DNA of 64,000 nt from an uncultured Alphaproteobacteria bacterium (GTDB lineage: Bacteria; Pseudomonadota; Alphaproteobacteria; Rhizobiales; Hyphomicrobiaceae), in assembly GCA_963786675.1 (NCBI GenBank), contig CAWAZY010000001.1:157102-221101 (forward strand), read 5' to 3'. Numbering within the stretch: the first letter of the stretch is position 1; each line of letters starts with the position of its first letter. The position numbers were made by a program, and so were the translations under genes. Below, piece by piece: positions 9,994 to 21,068 of this stretch. The notes under the pieces are model-generated. The model saw only the letters and a list, made by a program, of their open reading frames with translations. It did no database searches and was not told the origin of the DNA.

Positions 9994-10902
9994 CTACTTC
10001 CGGCCCGGATCGTAGGCGTTCTTTTCGCGCCACTGGCGTAAGAATGCGGCGAGGTCGGCGTCAATCGTCTCTGGTAGCACGATACGCACGGTCACGAGCT
10101 GATCGCCTGTCGATCCGGCCGTCTGGTTGACTATCCCTTTGCCCTTCAATCGGAACACACGCCCCGAACTCGTGTTCGGCGGAACTGTCAGCTGGACGCG
10201 GCCGGTCAGCATTGGAACCTCGATTTTGGCGCCGAGCACCGCCTCGTCGATGGCCAGTGGGACCTCGCAGGTCAGGTCGTCGCCAGTCCGGCGAAACACC
10301 GGGTGCGGCCGCACGCGAATTTCGACCAGAGCATCGCCCGCCGGCCCGCCATGCGCGCCGGGATTGCCCTTGCCCTTGAGCCGCAGCACTTGCCCCTCGA
10401 TGACCCCGCTGGGAACGTTGAGGTCCAGGGCGTCCCCGCCGGGCAGCGTCACGCGCTTGCGAATGCCCGTTGCGGCTTCGACGAAATCCAGATCGATCGT
10501 GTAGCGCACGTCCTGGCCGCGCGATGCCCGCGCACGCCCCGCATTGGCCCCGGCCCGAAAACCGGCAAAGATGTCGCTGAACGGATCGTCGGAATCAAAG
10601 CCGCCAAAACCGCCGTTCCATCGCGCGCCTGAAGCTCCCGCTCCAGTCCCGGCCCCGGCGCGCCCAGCGGAGCGACGCGGATCACCGGCGGCGTCGATCT
10701 CACCACGGTCGAACGCGCGGCGCTTTTCAGCGTCGCCGATCACGGCGTAGGCGAGATTGACCTTCTTGAACCGGTCGGCGGCATCCTTGGCGGCATTGAG
10801 ATCGGGATGCCACTCTTTAGCCAACTGCCTATAGCGACGGCGAATTTCGTCGTCGCTCGCGGAGCGCGGCACGCCCAGTACCTGATATGGATCGTCCGCC
10901 AT
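9994..10902 (-). CDS. DnaJ-family co-chaperone lacking the zinc-finger module (CbpA-like)
   Basis: J domain DPYQVLGVPRSASDDEIRRRYRQLAKEWHPD, a Gly-rich linker, and a DnaJ C-terminal beta domains region. There is no CxxCxGxG repeat. The track start is TTG at 10920; I prefer ATG at 10902. Confidence 0.8.
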   Translation of the reverse strand: MADDPYQVLGVPRSASDDEIRRRYRQLAKEWHPDLNAAKDAADRFKKVNLAYAVIGDAEKRRAFDRGEIDAAGDPRRSAGRAGAGTGAGASGARWNGGFGGFDSDDPFSDIFAGFRAGANAGRARASRGQDVRYTIDLDFVEAATGIRKRVTLPGGDALDLNVPSGVIEGQVLRLKGKGNPGAHGGPAGDALVEIRVRPHPVFRRTGDDLTCEVPLAIDEAVLGAKIEVPMLTGRVQLTVPPNTSSGRVFRLKGKGIVNQTAGSTGDQLVTVRIVLPETIDADLAAFLRQWREKNAYDPGRK

Positions 10903-10977
10903 AAGGGGTTCCGTCCGCAAAAGTGCGCACAGCGCCTGCCAGCATCTGCCGGCCCCGCGCCAAGATTTGATTTGAGA

Positions 10978-12504
10978 CTATCTCGCGATTCGGATTTCGG
11001 CCGCACGGCCCATCAACTCGGCCAAAACCTGAAACCGGCGGCGCAGCCTTTCACCGTCCAGTTCGGCATAGGACCGCGGCAGCGTCAAAACAAGTTTTTC
11101 AGCGCGGAACGACAGCCGGGTTTCATCAATGACGCCCGGCATGCCGATCGACATCATGTGAGCGGTACGCAGCGCCCCGCCGACGATCCGCGCTCGCTTC
11201 AAAGTGCGCCGGTCGATCCGCGTCAGAAGCCGCTGTGGCAAGCCGTCCGAGCCGTCTTTGTCGGCCCCGGCGTGCCGGAAATAAACCGCCAGCCCCACGA
11301 AGATCCGTCCGGGATGATCGATGCCCGACATGCCTGCATGCGCAATCTTGTCGAGACACTGCTCGCCGCGATAATCGGGATGCACGCGCCAGCCGATATC
11401 CGACAACAGGCAGGCCGCATGCCGCAACCGCCGCTCCGCCAGTGTCTCGTCGGCACCACCTTTGTCGAACAGCTGATCGGTCCAATCGCACAGCTCAAGC
11501 GCGTGCGCCAGCGAGCGGGACCGGCGCCGGGCAAAATCCTCGCAAAAACTGATAAGCGGATCCTTCGCCCTTTCATGCGGCGGCAACAGTCCGAAGAGTA
11601 AGCCTTCGCGCACGCCATAAACCGAGAAAACCACGTTGGACGGCTGCAGGCGCTTGAGAAAGCGCTCCATGACCAGCGCACCATACGGCAGGGATTCGCG
11701 CCGCGCCCGCGCCACCTCTTCGATGCCCTGGAGAGCGCCGATCTTCTTGGAACGCCGCACGCCCTCGCAGAACTGGATCGCCTCGCGTGTCGGGATGGAA
11801 TACCCCTGCATGATGCGCAGCGGGTACTGCATCTGCTCCATGTGCAATTTTGCGAGCGCGCGCCACGTCCCGCCCACGGCGTAGAACGGACGGCCCCGTC
11901 CGGAATCCATCCAGTCGATCTTCTCAATGGCTTGATCTGTAATCTTCACGGCATCATCGACGCGCCCGCCAGTTTGATCAATGAGCCGAAGGCCACCCAG
12001 CGGCAAGGTCGAAGCGTGGCTCAATGTTTGGCCTTGCAGATCAATCAACTCGAGGCTGCCACCGCCCAAGTCGCCGGCGACACCGTCGGGATCGACAAAG
12101 CCCATGCGAATGCCCTGGGCGGCCAGTTGTGCTTCCATCTCGCCTGTTAGGATCTGGATCCGGGTGCCGCAAACCGCCTCCGCACGGGCAATAAAGTCCG
12201 GGCCGTCGCTCGCCTCGCGCACCGCGGCCGTCGCGAACGCTTTTAGGTTTTTCACTTTCAGAACGCGGGTCACCGCGCGGAACCGGCTCAGCGCGCCAAG
12301 AGCGCGCTCCACCGGTTCGCGACCCAATTGCCCGCTGGACGCAATTGTCCGCCCAAGCCCGCATAGAACTTTCTCATTGAAAATCGGCGTCGGCGCGCGC
12401 ACGGCGCCATCGTAGACGACCAGACGCACAGAATTTGAGCCGACGTCGATCACGCCAATCGGCTCAAGCTCCTGCGGCCGGTTGCCGGAGCTGAGAATTT
12501 GCAT
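10978..12504 (-). CDS. ppx: Exopolyphosphatase (Ppx/GppA family)
   Basis: IGVIDVGSNSVRLVVYDG ASKHA-fold N-terminus, ~510 aa, directly downstream of ppk. The track start is TTG at 12534 (overlapping the ppk stop); ATG at 12504 is an alternative. Confidence 0.88.
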   Translation of the reverse strand: MQILSSGNRPQELEPIGVIDVGSNSVRLVVYDGAVRAPTPIFNEKVLCGLGRTIASSGQLGREPVERALGALSRFRAVTRVLKVKNLKAFATAAVREASDGPDFIARAEAVCGTRIQILTGEMEAQLAAQGIRMGFVDPDGVAGDLGGGSLELIDLQGQTLSHASTLPLGGLRLIDQTGGRVDDAVKITDQAIEKIDWMDSGRGRPFYAVGGTWRALAKLHMEQMQYPLRIMQGYSIPTREAIQFCEGVRRSKKIGALQGIEEVARARRESLPYGALVMERFLKRLQPSNVVFSVYGVREGLLFGLLPPHERAKDPLISFCEDFARRRSRSLAHALELCDWTDQLFDKGGADETLAERRLRHAACLLSDIGWRVHPDYRGEQCLDKIAHAGMSGIDHPGRIFVGLAVYFRHAGADKDGSDGLPQRLLTRIDRRTLKRARIVGGALRTAHMMSIGMPGVIDETRLSFRAEKLVLTLPRSYAELDGERLRRRFQVLAELMGRAAEIRIAR

Positions 12505-12530
12505 CAGGCTCGTCACGCTCGATCCCTGCT

Positions 12531-14750
12531 TCAATCCTTGCTCCCAGTCCTGAATTTCGGGGGCGAACTGGTCTTGAGCGCCTGCCCGCGCCCCGAGAGC
12601 GAAGGATTGGTCATGAAGTACTTGTGCGCGTTGAACGCAGCCTCTCCCGCCGTGATTTGGACCCGCTCAGAGGACCCGTCCGGCAAGATGCGCCAGCTCT
12701 GCTGATTGTCCATCAGGTTGGCAACCATAATCTGATTCAGCACCTGCTCGTGAACCGTGGGATTGAGCACGGGCAACATGGCCTCCACACGCCGATCGAG
12801 ATTGCGCGGCATCATGTCTGCCGAACTGATGTAGACCGCCGCGCGCGGCGACGGCAGCGCCTCACCACGCCCGAAGCAGTAGATGCGCGCATGTTCCAGG
12901 AAGCGCCCAATGATGCTTTTAACGCGGATATTTTCTGAAAAGCCGGGAATGCCGGGTCGCAGGCAGCAGACGCCACGGCAAATAATGTCGATTTCCACGC
13001 CCGCCTGACTGGCCGCGTAGAGACTGTCGATGATCTGCGCATCAACAAGCGCATTCATTTTCATCCAGATCGCCGCCGGGCGGCCCGCTTCCGCATGCTC
13101 GATCTCCTCGCGAATGTGCGCGAGGATGCGCTGGCGGATCCCGTTCGGGCTGGCCGACATCACTTCCAGTTCGCCGGGCTCGCCGTACCCGGTCACAAAG
13201 TTCAAGATCCGTGTCACGTCGCGCGCGATCACCGTGTCGCGGGTGAAAAGCGACAGGTCGGTATAAACCTTCGCCGTCTGTGGGTGATAATTGCCGGTCC
13301 CGATGTGGCAGTAGGTCGTCAGTTCGGCTCCCTCACGCCGCACGACGAGGCCGAGTTTGGCGTGCGTCTTTAGTTCGATAAACCCATAGACGACATGCAC
13401 GCCCGCGTTTTCGAGATCGCGCGCCCAACGGATATTGGCGGCCTCGTCGAAACGCGCCTTGAGTTCGACCACCGCGGTGACGGACTTGCCCGCCTCGACT
13501 GCTTCCTTCAACGCAGCGACGATCGGACTGTCCCGTGATGTCCGGTAGAGCGTCCACTTGATCGCCAGGACGTTGGGATCGTTGACCGCTTGACGGAGGA
13601 ACTGCACCACCACATCGAAGCTTTCGTAGGGGTGATGAACGACAAGATCCTTCTTGGTGATGGCGGCGAAACAATCGCCGTTATATTCGCGTATCCGCTC
13701 AGGAAAGCGGATGTTGAACGGCTTGAAGAGCAGGTCGGGCCGGTCCTGGACGATGAGCTGGCTCGAATCGGCCAATCCCAGAACACCATCCTTGACGAAA
13801 ATCGCCTCTTCGCCGACTTCGAGTTCGGAGGCCACGAGCTTGCGCAATTGCTCGGGCATGCGGCTTTCAAGTTCGAGCCGGATCACATGCCCGCGCCGGC
13901 GGCGCTTCAGCTGGGTCTCGAACGAGCGGACGAGGTCTTCTGCTTCTTCCTGAAGCTCGATATCGCTGTCGCGCAGCACCCGGAAGGCACCCTTCGAACG
14001 AATGTCGAAGCCCGTGAAGAGCTTGGTCAGAAACATGCCGATCATCTGTTCGAGCTGGATGAAGCGGACGACGTTGTCGCCCGCCGGCTCGGCGCGCAGC
14101 CGGATGAACCGCTCGATCTGACCCGGAATGGGGATGAGGCCACTCATGGTCTTGGCGTCGCTCCGGCGCTGCATCTGCACCGCCAGCGTCAGCCCCTTGT
14201 TCAAGATGAACGGGAAGGGATGCGCGGGATCAACGGCGATGGGTGTGAGTATCGGGAAGATGTGCGTCAAGAAAAGCGCTTCGAGCCAACTTACTTCCGC
14301 GGGCGTCAGGTTCTCGGGCTCGACGATATGCACGCCGACCGCATCGAGTTCGTCACGGAGATTGAGCCAAATCTTCTGTTTGTCGAACACGAGCGTGGCG
14401 ACGAACTTGTTGATGGCGGCCAGCTGTTGATCGGGCGTCAGGCCGTCCTGCGATGTCGTCGTGACGCCGGCCGAAATCTGGCCGTAGATGCCGGCCGCGC
14501 GCACCATGTAGAATTCATCGAGGTTCGAGGCCGAGATCGACAGGAAGCGGAGCCGCTCGAGCAGCGGGTGGTTCGTATTTTCGGCTTCTTCAAGAACCCG
14601 GCGGTTGAACTGCAACCATGACAGCTCGCGATTGTAGAACCGCGACGGACCTTCCGGCGGCGGCGGATGTTCGGCGGCCGGCGCACGTGATGCGCCACCC
14701 CGCGCCGGCAACCCGGTCTTCGCTTTGGCTTTCGCGTTCGTGTTGGTCAT
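12531..14750 (-). CDS. ppk: Polyphosphate kinase 1
   Basis: Typical PPK1 ([19 protein letters not shown]..., LDEFYMVR, two PLD-like C-terminal domains). Track ORF trimmed to ATG at 14750 (MTNTNAKAK...), which removes the overlap with hdaA. Confidence 0.93.
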   Translation of the reverse strand: MTNTNAKAKAKTGLPARGGASRAPAAEHPPPPEGPSRFYNRELSWLQFNRRVLEEAENTNHPLLERLRFLSISASNLDEFYMVRAAGIYGQISAGVTTTSQDGLTPDQQLAAINKFVATLVFDKQKIWLNLRDELDAVGVHIVEPENLTPAEVSWLEALFLTHIFPILTPIAVDPAHPFPFILNKGLTLAVQMQRRSDAKTMSGLIPIPGQIERFIRLRAEPAGDNVVRFIQLEQMIGMFLTKLFTGFDIRSKGAFRVLRDSDIELQEEAEDLVRSFETQLKRRRRGHVIRLELESRMPEQLRKLVASELEVGEEAIFVKDGVLGLADSSQLIVQDRPDLLFKPFNIRFPERIREYNGDCFAAITKKDLVVHHPYESFDVVVQFLRQAVNDPNVLAIKWTLYRTSRDSPIVAALKEAVEAGKSVTAVVELKARFDEAANIRWARDLENAGVHVVYGFIELKTHAKLGLVVRREGAELTTYCHIGTGNYHPQTAKVYTDLSLFTRDTVIARDVTRILNFVTGYGEPGELEVMSASPNGIRQRILAHIREEIEHAEAGRPAAIWMKMNALVDAQIIDSLYAASQAGVEIDIICRGVCCLRPGIPGFSENIRVKSIIGRFLEHARIYCFGRGEALPSPRAAVYISSADMMPRNLDRRVEAMLPVLNPTVHEQVLNQIMVANLMDNQQSWRILPDGSSERVQITAGEAAFNAHKYFMTNPSLSGRGQALKTSSPPKFRTGSKD

Positions 14751-14817
14751 CAATGGGGTCCCGTCTGGTCCTTGATCCGTCGACTTAGGCCTCGTCTCTA
14801 CGACGATTGCATGACAG

Positions 14818-15534
14818 TCAATCCTTGCCAAATGGCTGCGTTCCGGCCCGGGTCGCCAGCGCTTCCGATGCGATGGCTCGGGTCACCCGGCGCTGACGGG
14901 ATAACGCCAGCTTATCGCAGGCCTCGACCAGCGATTGGGCTGCTTCGAACGATCGGTCGGCATGGAGCGCCAGATGGGCAATCACATGCGGTTCAACCGC
15001 CAGCTGCCGGTCGGCGAAGAGTTTGACCAGAACGGCCTTCAGGATGGCATCGTCGGGTGCCTCGATGCGCACCATCGGCAGGGCGCGCAGTCGCGAGCGC
15101 AGATCAGGCAGATCGACCGGCAGATCGCCGGCCGCCAGCCGCGACGTCGCCAGCAGTGCGTAAGACTTTTCGCGCACGAGGTTCAACAGGTGGAAAAAGA
15201 TACGCTCGTCGGCAATGCCGCGATCGACATCCTCAACGGCGATGGCGCCATGGGTTTCCAGGCATGCGACGGCGTCTTCGGACAAGGTCGCGGCCGGCCA
15301 GCTTTGCGCACCGGATTTCAACCGCCACACGTTAGCCAAATGACTTTTGCCGGATCCTTCCGGACCAACCACGATCGCGGCCCGGGCCGTCCATTGCGGC
15401 CAGGTGTCTATGAGTGCCACTGCGGCATCGTTGCTGGCGCTCACAAGGAAATCCTCCAGCGCCAGCGCGGGCCGGTGCGGCAGGTCGAATACCAGCTGTT
15501 CAGGCGCCGGTTTCGGTTCCGGTTCGCGCATCAC
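14818..15534 (-). CDS. hdaA: DnaA regulatory inactivator HdaA
   Basis: 238 aa, a short DnaA-domain-III-like AAA+ protein with [10 protein letters not shown]. It sits next to ppk, as is common in alphaproteobacteria. Confidence 0.8.
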   Translation of the reverse strand: MMREPEPKPAPEQLVFDLPHRPALALEDFLVSASNDAAVALIDTWPQWTARAAIVVGPEGSGKSHLANVWRLKSGAQSWPAATLSEDAVACLETHGAIAVEDVDRGIADERIFFHLLNLVREKSYALLATSRLAAGDLPVDLPDLRSRLRALPMVRIEAPDDAILKAVLVKLFADRQLAVEPHVIAHLALHADRSFEAAQSLVEACDKLALSRQRRVTRAIASEALATRAGTQPFGKD

Positions 15535-16625
15535 GCGGCCGTCTCCCCTTTTGCGGCGGGACGCTCACCTGTCCCGCGATACACCGCGCTTTGCAGGTAG
15601 CGGCCGAGCGCAAATCGTACCAGCACGGCCATTGCCGCGGCCACGGGAACCGCGACCAGCATGCCCACAAAGCCGAACACGTAGCCGAAGACGAACAGCG
15701 CCAAAATCAGCCAAACCGGATGCAGTCCGATCTTTGAGCCCACGATCTTCGGGGACAAGAAGCCGGCATCCATAGCCTGTGCCGCAAGGAAGATCGCCGC
15801 GACCATGAACAATGGCGTCACATTCGGCCAGAACTGGATGATGGCCAGGATGGACGCGGCGATGAAACCCGACGCCCAGCCCACAAAGGGGATGAAGGAC
15901 AACAGCCCTGTCAACAAACCGACGAGCAATCCGTAATCCAAGCCAATGCTGCTCAATGCCACGGCGTAGTAGATGCTGAGCAGCAGGCACACCGTGCCTT
16001 GCCCGCGAATGAATGCGGACACCGCTTCGTTGACATCCCATGCCACGGCACGAATGACCGGCGCATGGTCGCGCGGCAGCCAGGAATCAAGCTTGGCCAG
16101 CATCGGGTTCCAGTCGATCAGCATGTAGAACATGACCAGCGGCGTCACCAGAAGTACCGCCGCGACATCGATGAGCGCCTGCCCCCGGTTCCAGACTTCG
16201 CCGGCCATCCATCCGGCCAAGGTGCCCCAGTTCTGTCCCAGTTCGCCGACAGCCTTGTCCATGCCCGCATTAAAATCGGGATAGCGATTTCCGAGCTGAA
16301 CACGGGCCCATTCGTCGATCGCGAGACGCAGACGTTCCATCTCGCCGGGTAGAGCAATCGCCATGTGTTGCGCCTGCGCCAGAAGCAGAGGCGCGAGATA
16401 GTAAGCAAGAGCGATGATCAGCAGCCCCATGCCCGCGACCACGGCAATCGATGCGCCGAGCCGCCCAAGCCCCAGATGATCGAGCCGGTCAGCCAGTGGA
16501 TTGAGGAAGTAGGCGAGCACGATGCCCAGGACGAAGGGCAAGAGAACTTCGCGCAACAGACCGACGACCAACACGAGCGCCAGCAGCAGGGCCAGCCAGA
16601 ACAGCATCTGCTTTTCAATGCGCAT
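15531..16625 (-). CDS. AI-2E family transporter (PerM-like permease)
   Basis: 364 aa polytopic membrane protein with the usual AI-2E layout. A 4-nt overlap links it to the hdaA start. Confidence 0.8.
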   Translation of the reverse strand: MRIEKQMLFWLALLLALVLVVGLLREVLLPFVLGIVLAYFLNPLADRLDHLGLGRLGASIAVVAGMGLLIIALAYYLAPLLLAQAQHMAIALPGEMERLRLAIDEWARVQLGNRYPDFNAGMDKAVGELGQNWGTLAGWMAGEVWNRGQALIDVAAVLLVTPLVMFYMLIDWNPMLAKLDSWLPRDHAPVIRAVAWDVNEAVSAFIRGQGTVCLLLSIYYAVALSSIGLDYGLLVGLLTGLLSFIPFVGWASGFIAASILAIIQFWPNVTPLFMVAAIFLAAQAMDAGFLSPKIVGSKIGLHPVWLILALFVFGYVFGFVGMLVAVPVAAAMAVLVRFALGRYLQSAVYRGTGERPAAKGETAA

Positions 16626-16713
16626 ACTTAACTCCCCGGCCCAAATCCCCCGGACTAGACGCTCCGGCGCCGAACGTGCCGTTCACACCGCCGTCCGAAA
16701 TCAGAACCATGTG

Positions 16714-17373
16714 CTAGTCGCCAGCTGCCGACATATGGCGCAGCCACAAATTGAGATAGGCGGCGAGCGAAGCAAAGGTCAACGCGCCAGTCAGACCGAC
16801 GAGCAGGATGCGCAGCGTGTCGAGCCCCAAGGCGAAACCCTGATCGGCAAGCACGACCGCCGCCAGGACCAACTGCACGGCTGTATTCGCCTTGCTGACA
16901 CCCAGCGGCTGCATCTTGAAGGGCCGGTCCATCAGCCAGGCCAGCACGACACCGGCGACAATCAGTAGATCGCGCGAGACGACCGCAATGACCAGCCACA
17001 ATGGCAGGGCGCCCGAGACGCCCAGCGCCACGAAAATACTGACGATCAACAGCTTGTCGGCGAACGGATCGAGATAGGATCCCAATTCCGTCTGCCCGTT
17101 GAAATTCTTGGCCAGATAGCCGTCCGCCATATCGGAAATGCCGGCGATCAGAAACGCATAGAATGCAAGCTGCGACTGCCCGGTCACCAGCAGCCAGAAA
17201 ATGACCGGGACGAGAATGATGCGGCCGGTCGTGATGAGGTTGGGAAGGCTCACTTGTATAACTTTGCTGGACGATGACCGGAACGGGCGGCGTGGACCTG
17301 CGGGTGAGTTGGCGATCCCGCTCACAGCCTTGCCAATAGCGGCCTTGGAGCGATCCGTCGAGACGACTGTCAC
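16714..17373 (-). CDS. CDP-alcohol phosphatidyltransferase family protein
   Basis: Signature DMADGYLAKNFNGQTELGSYLDPFADK (D-G-x2-A-x8-G-x3-D-x3-D) in a multi-TM protein. The true start may lie downstream of the track start. Confidence 0.8.
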   Translation of the reverse strand: MTVVSTDRSKAAIGKAVSGIANSPAGPRRPFRSSSSKVIQVSLPNLITTGRIILVPVIFWLLVTGQSQLAFYAFLIAGISDMADGYLAKNFNGQTELGSYLDPFADKLLIVSIFVALGVSGALPLWLVIAVVSRDLLIVAGVVLAWLMDRPFKMQPLGVSKANTAVQLVLAAVVLADQGFALGLDTLRILLVGLTGALTFASLAAYLNLWLRHMSAAGD

Positions 17374-17474
17374 ACCACGGTTGATCCCGCAAGCGCGAAG
17401 GCATGCGCCGCAGCCCTCCGGTTGGCAGCACGCCTCGTGCCGGGACAGTGTTCAATGCCGCTTTGAAACCGAAC

Positions 17475-18641
17475 TCAGCGCCGCTCCGAGCGCATCGTCC
17501 AGCCCATCGCCGTCGATTGCAGGGACACACCGTAAGGCGCGAGGGCCTGGGCCAGAGCTGGGCCCCCGCCGGCATATTTCACACTGACGCTGGCGCGGCC
17601 CGCCGAGACGGACCCGATCCGGATGTCATCGATGCCAGGAGCTTCCAGCAGCACGCGGCGCATTTCGTTCCATTCGGACGGACTTGCGTATTCGGCCTCG
17701 AAGGCCACATCCTGCAGGCCCGCAAACCCAGCATCGCCGTAGGGCGACGGTCCATATGTCCCCGCCGCGCTGGCGCCGCCCGTCTCGTTGATAAGCTTCC
17801 AGCGGCCTTCCAAAATTCCCAGCGACACGACCGCGGCCAGTTCGAGGGTATAGGCTAGATCACCGTCGCTCAGCTTGTAGCTGCGCTTTAAACTGAACGG
17901 TCCCACGGCATCCTGACCAGCCAGGAGGACGTTGACGCGGCCTGCTTCCGTCTCGACTTCGGCAATAGCCACGACAATGCGTTCCGCCCCATATGGGGCT
18001 GCCAATGCGGTCAGCGGATCACCGCCGCCCTCATAGAGTTGTCGCAACGACCCGGCTTGCACGTCAGGCTTCATTGTCTCGACTCGGACCGGCGTGACCG
18101 AATTCGTCAGATCCAGTCCCGGCCAGACGCTCGACCATGTCCCGCTCGCTGGGCGAAATTCGCCCGTGTCGCCGGCTGCGGCCTTTCCGTCGCGAATGAT
18201 CGGCACCACCAGCGTGACCGGTGCCTGCTGATCGACGTACGGAATACCCCTCGCGCTCAACAGATTTCGCACCTCGTTCGCCTGAAAGGAAAAATCGAGG
18301 CTAGCGATATAGGCCGTCGCCGAATTGCGCTCGGTTCGCACCGAGACGCCGTCGATGAGGGAAGCTGCATCGATAGGACCGAGCTGCTGCAGGCTGCGAT
18401 AGGACGTGACGGGCACGATCCGCTTGAGAAGCGACCGGAACGCCGCCTTCTGCCCATCGGCAATCGCCTGCTCTTTCGCCGCCACGGCATTGCTGGCCCG
18501 GGCTTCGACGGGATAATTTCCAATCGTGTAGGCGCGGTCTGAGCCGGCGGCCGCTCTGACCCCAGTGGCTGGCATGACGCCCAGGACGGCCGCCAGAAGC
18601 GCCACGAGAGCCGTTTGACCGAAAGGCGACGTCCGCCGCAT
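17475..18641 (-). CDS. DUF2066-like secreted protein
   Basis: Track ORF 17475-19166 trimmed to [33 protein letters not shown] (ATG comp. 18639-18641; alternative 18656). The discarded 170 aa are Arg/Pro/Ser-rich and overlap purM antisense. Family assignment is by recollection of the protein usually found between pgsA-like and purM genes in Rhizobiales. Confidence 0.65.
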   Translation of the reverse strand: MRRTSPFGQTALVALLAAVLGVMPATGVRAAAGSDRAYTIGNYPVEARASNAVAAKEQAIADGQKAAFRSLLKRIVPVTSYRSLQQLGPIDAASLIDGVSVRTERNSATAYIASLDFSFQANEVRNLLSARGIPYVDQQAPVTLVVPIIRDGKAAAGDTGEFRPASGTWSSVWPGLDLTNSVTPVRVETMKPDVQAGSLRQLYEGGGDPLTALAAPYGAERIVVAIAEVETEAGRVNVLLAGQDAVGPFSLKRSYKLSDGDLAYTLELAAVVSLGILEGRWKLINETGGASAAGTYGPSPYGDAGFAGLQDVAFEAEYASPSEWNEMRRVLLEAPGIDDIRIGSVSAGRASVSVKYAGGGPALAQALAPYGVSLQSTAMGWTMRSERR

Positions 18642-18870
18642 GCTGCCTGCCTTCATGTTTTTAATGAGCCGGTCCGCCGCTGGGCCGGTCGCCACTGGAA
18701 CGGCGCCTGGCGAGTTGCCGCCGGACGCACTTGCTGGTAGAGCCCCATGTTCTCGCGAGCAATCGGGCGAAAATCGGGTCAGCGCCGTGCGCGGCCCCTG
18801 CCGGCCGGCTTCTCCACGAGCGGTAATGGCCACCGATCCCACGGGGATCGCTGTAGGACGGCGGGGTTGC

Positions 18871-19995
18871 ATGGTCCAGTCTCCAGACGACAAATCCGCA
18901 CCCATCACGTACCGCGATTCCGGCGTCGATATCGACGCGGGCAATGCGCTGGTGCACGCCATCAAGCCGCTCGTCAAGACAACTCGGCGTCTCGGGGCCG
19001 ATGCGGACCTGGGTGGTTTCGGCGGCCTGTTCGATCTGAAGGCGGCTGGTTTTCGCGATCCGATCCTGGTGGCGGCCAACGACGGCGTCGGAACAAAACT
19101 CAAGATCGCCATCGAGAGCGGCCACCATGCGACCATCGGCATCGACCTCGTCGCCATGTGCGTCAACGATCTTGTCGTCCAAGGCGCCGAACCCCTGTTC
19201 TTTCTCGACTATTATGCAACCGGCCGCCTCGACGTGCCCGTCGCACGGGACGTGGTGGCCGGCATTGCCGACGGCTGCCGTCAGGCGGGCTGCGCGCTGA
19301 TCGGCGGCGAGACCGCCGAAATGCCCGGCATGTATCACGCGGGCGACTACGATCTGGCCGGTTTCGCCGTTGGCGCGGTGGAGCGCGGTGAAATCCTGCC
19401 GCGGGCCGACATCGCGATCGGCGACGTGTTGATCGGTCTGCCGTCGGCGGGCGTTCATTCCAACGGCTACAGTCTGGTCCGCCGCCTCGCCGCCAGTGAG
19501 AATCTGGCCTGGGACGCGCCCGCGCCCTGGGCGCCACAGAGCACGTTCGGGGCTGCACTTCTGACGCCGACGCGGATCTATGTGAAGGCGGTTCTTGCCG
19601 CCATCGAGGCAACGGGCGGGGCATCCGACGGCGCCATCAAGGCCCTGTCCCACATTACGGGTGGGGGACTTTCAGAAAATCTTCCCCGCGTTCTGCCCGA
19701 TACTGTCGCCGCCGCTGTCGATCTGTCAGCCATATCGCCGCCGCAGGTGTTCGGCTGGCTGGCCAAAGCCGGCCGGCTTGACGATGCGGAAATGCTGCGC
19801 ACGTTCAACTGCGGCATCGGCATGATCGTGGTCGCCGAGAAGGCACGCGCGGATGAGGTGGTGGCAGCCCTGCAGGATGCGGGTGAGACCCCGGTCATCA
19901 TCGGAGAAATCATCGCGCCGGGCGGCGAACGCTCCGACGCGAAAGGCAAGGGTGAGGCCTGGGCCGTGCAATACGAAGGCCGCCTCAAGTATTGA
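18871..19995 (+). CDS. purM: Phosphoribosylformylglycinamidine cyclo-ligase
   Basis: Track ORF trimmed to ATG 18871 ([25 protein letters not shown]...). GGFGGLF and ANDGVGTK motifs are present. Confidence 0.93.
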   Translation: MVQSPDDKSAPITYRDSGVDIDAGNALVHAIKPLVKTTRRLGADADLGGFGGLFDLKAAGFRDPILVAANDGVGTKLKIAIESGHHATIGIDLVAMCVNDLVVQGAEPLFFLDYYATGRLDVPVARDVVAGIADGCRQAGCALIGGETAEMPGMYHAGDYDLAGFAVGAVERGEILPRADIAIGDVLIGLPSAGVHSNGYSLVRRLAASENLAWDAPAPWAPQSTFGAALLTPTRIYVKAVLAAIEATGGASDGAIKALSHITGGGLSENLPRVLPDTVAAAVDLSAISPPQVFGWLAKAGRLDDAEMLRTFNCGIGMIVVAEKARADEVVAALQDAGETPVIIGEIIAPGGERSDAKGKGEAWAVQYEGRLKY

Positions 19996-20046
19996 ACCCG
20001 GAGGGCAGGCGATGCGCTTATCCTCCAATCCTGACGAAGCCGTCCC

Positions 20047-20958
20047 ATGACCGCGCCGCGCATCATCACAATCGGACATTCCGCGCTCGATTTCGTCTAT
20101 CGCATCGACGCATTTCCCACCCGCCCAACCAAGATGCGCGCCACCGGCTACACCATGAGCGGCGGCGGCATGGCCGCGAACGCCGCCGCAGCGGCCGCGC
20201 GGCTCGGCGGACAGGTGGCCCACTGGAGCCGCATTGGCGACGACATCGCGGGCGCGGCGATCGTGACTGAGTTGCAGCGGGATGGCGTGGAGACGGCTAG
20301 CGTGCGCGCTTTTCCGGGCCTGCAATCCGCGACGGCCGCGGTCATCGTCGACGCGGCCGGTGAACGGTTGGTCGTCAGTCAGCACGATGCCCAAGCCCCG
20401 CTCGATTCCAGCTGGCTGCCCTTGCATCTGATTAAAGATGCGGGCGCGGTTCTCTCCGACCTGTCGTGGCTGGAAGGAACGCGCGCGGCATTCACCGCGG
20501 CGCGGGGGCATGGCGTACCCACGATCATCGATATGGATATCGGAGCCGGCCGGCTCATCGGCGATGTGGTGGACGTCGCCGACTACGTCATCGCCTCGGC
20601 GCAGGCCTTCGATTCGTTTCTCACCGGTGCCGATACGGACGCCCGGCTCGACGGACTGATCTCCCAGGGTGTGCGCCACGCAGGCGTGACCCGGGGCGCG
20701 CAGGGCTACACGTGGAAAAACGCCCGCGGTCAATCCGGGCGGCAGCCGGCTTTCCAGGTCGAGGTGGTCGATACCACGGGCGCGGGCGATGCCTTCCACG
20801 GCGCTTTTGCCTGGGCCCTGGCCTCGGGAGGAAGCGACGACCACTGCGCCCGCATCGCGTCCGCCGTCGCCGCGCTGAAATGCCGGAAACTTGGGGCCCG
20901 GGCCGGCCTGCCCACCCGCCGCGAACTCGACGCGTTTCTCGCGCAACATAGTGCCTAA
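20047..20958 (+). CDS. PfkB-family (ribokinase-like) carbohydrate/nucleoside kinase
   Basis: 303 aa with N-terminal ITIGHSALDF...GGGMAANAA and the C-terminal PfkB signature VVDTTGAGDAFHGAFAWAL. Confidence 0.85.
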   Translation: MTAPRIITIGHSALDFVYRIDAFPTRPTKMRATGYTMSGGGMAANAAAAAARLGGQVAHWSRIGDDIAGAAIVTELQRDGVETASVRAFPGLQSATAAVIVDAAGERLVVSQHDAQAPLDSSWLPLHLIKDAGAVLSDLSWLEGTRAAFTAARGHGVPTIIDMDIGAGRLIGDVVDVADYVIASAQAFDSFLTGADTDARLDGLISQGVRHAGVTRGAQGYTWKNARGQSGRQPAFQVEVVDTTGAGDAFHGAFAWALASGGSDDHCARIASAVAALKCRKLGARAGLPTRRELDAFLAQHSA

Positions 20959-21068
20959 TCCGCGCCCCACCGGGAACTTGACCCGAATCAAGGTTCTCAC
21001 GGCCGGTGTGCGCGACACAGGTAACGATACCTTCTCGGCTCGCCCCTTCCCACGCTCTAGGATGCCTC

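Noticed and set aside
18642-19166. N-terminal ~170 aa of track ORF 17475-19166
   Set aside because: It is Arg/Pro/Ser-rich, overlaps the purM 5' end on the opposite strand, and precedes an obvious signal-peptide start ([16 protein letters not shown]...).
19726-21018. 430-aa minus-strand ORF
   Set aside because: It is antisense to the purM 3' end and the whole PfkB kinase gene. Arg/Gly/Ala-rich composition and no motifs mark it as a GC artefact.
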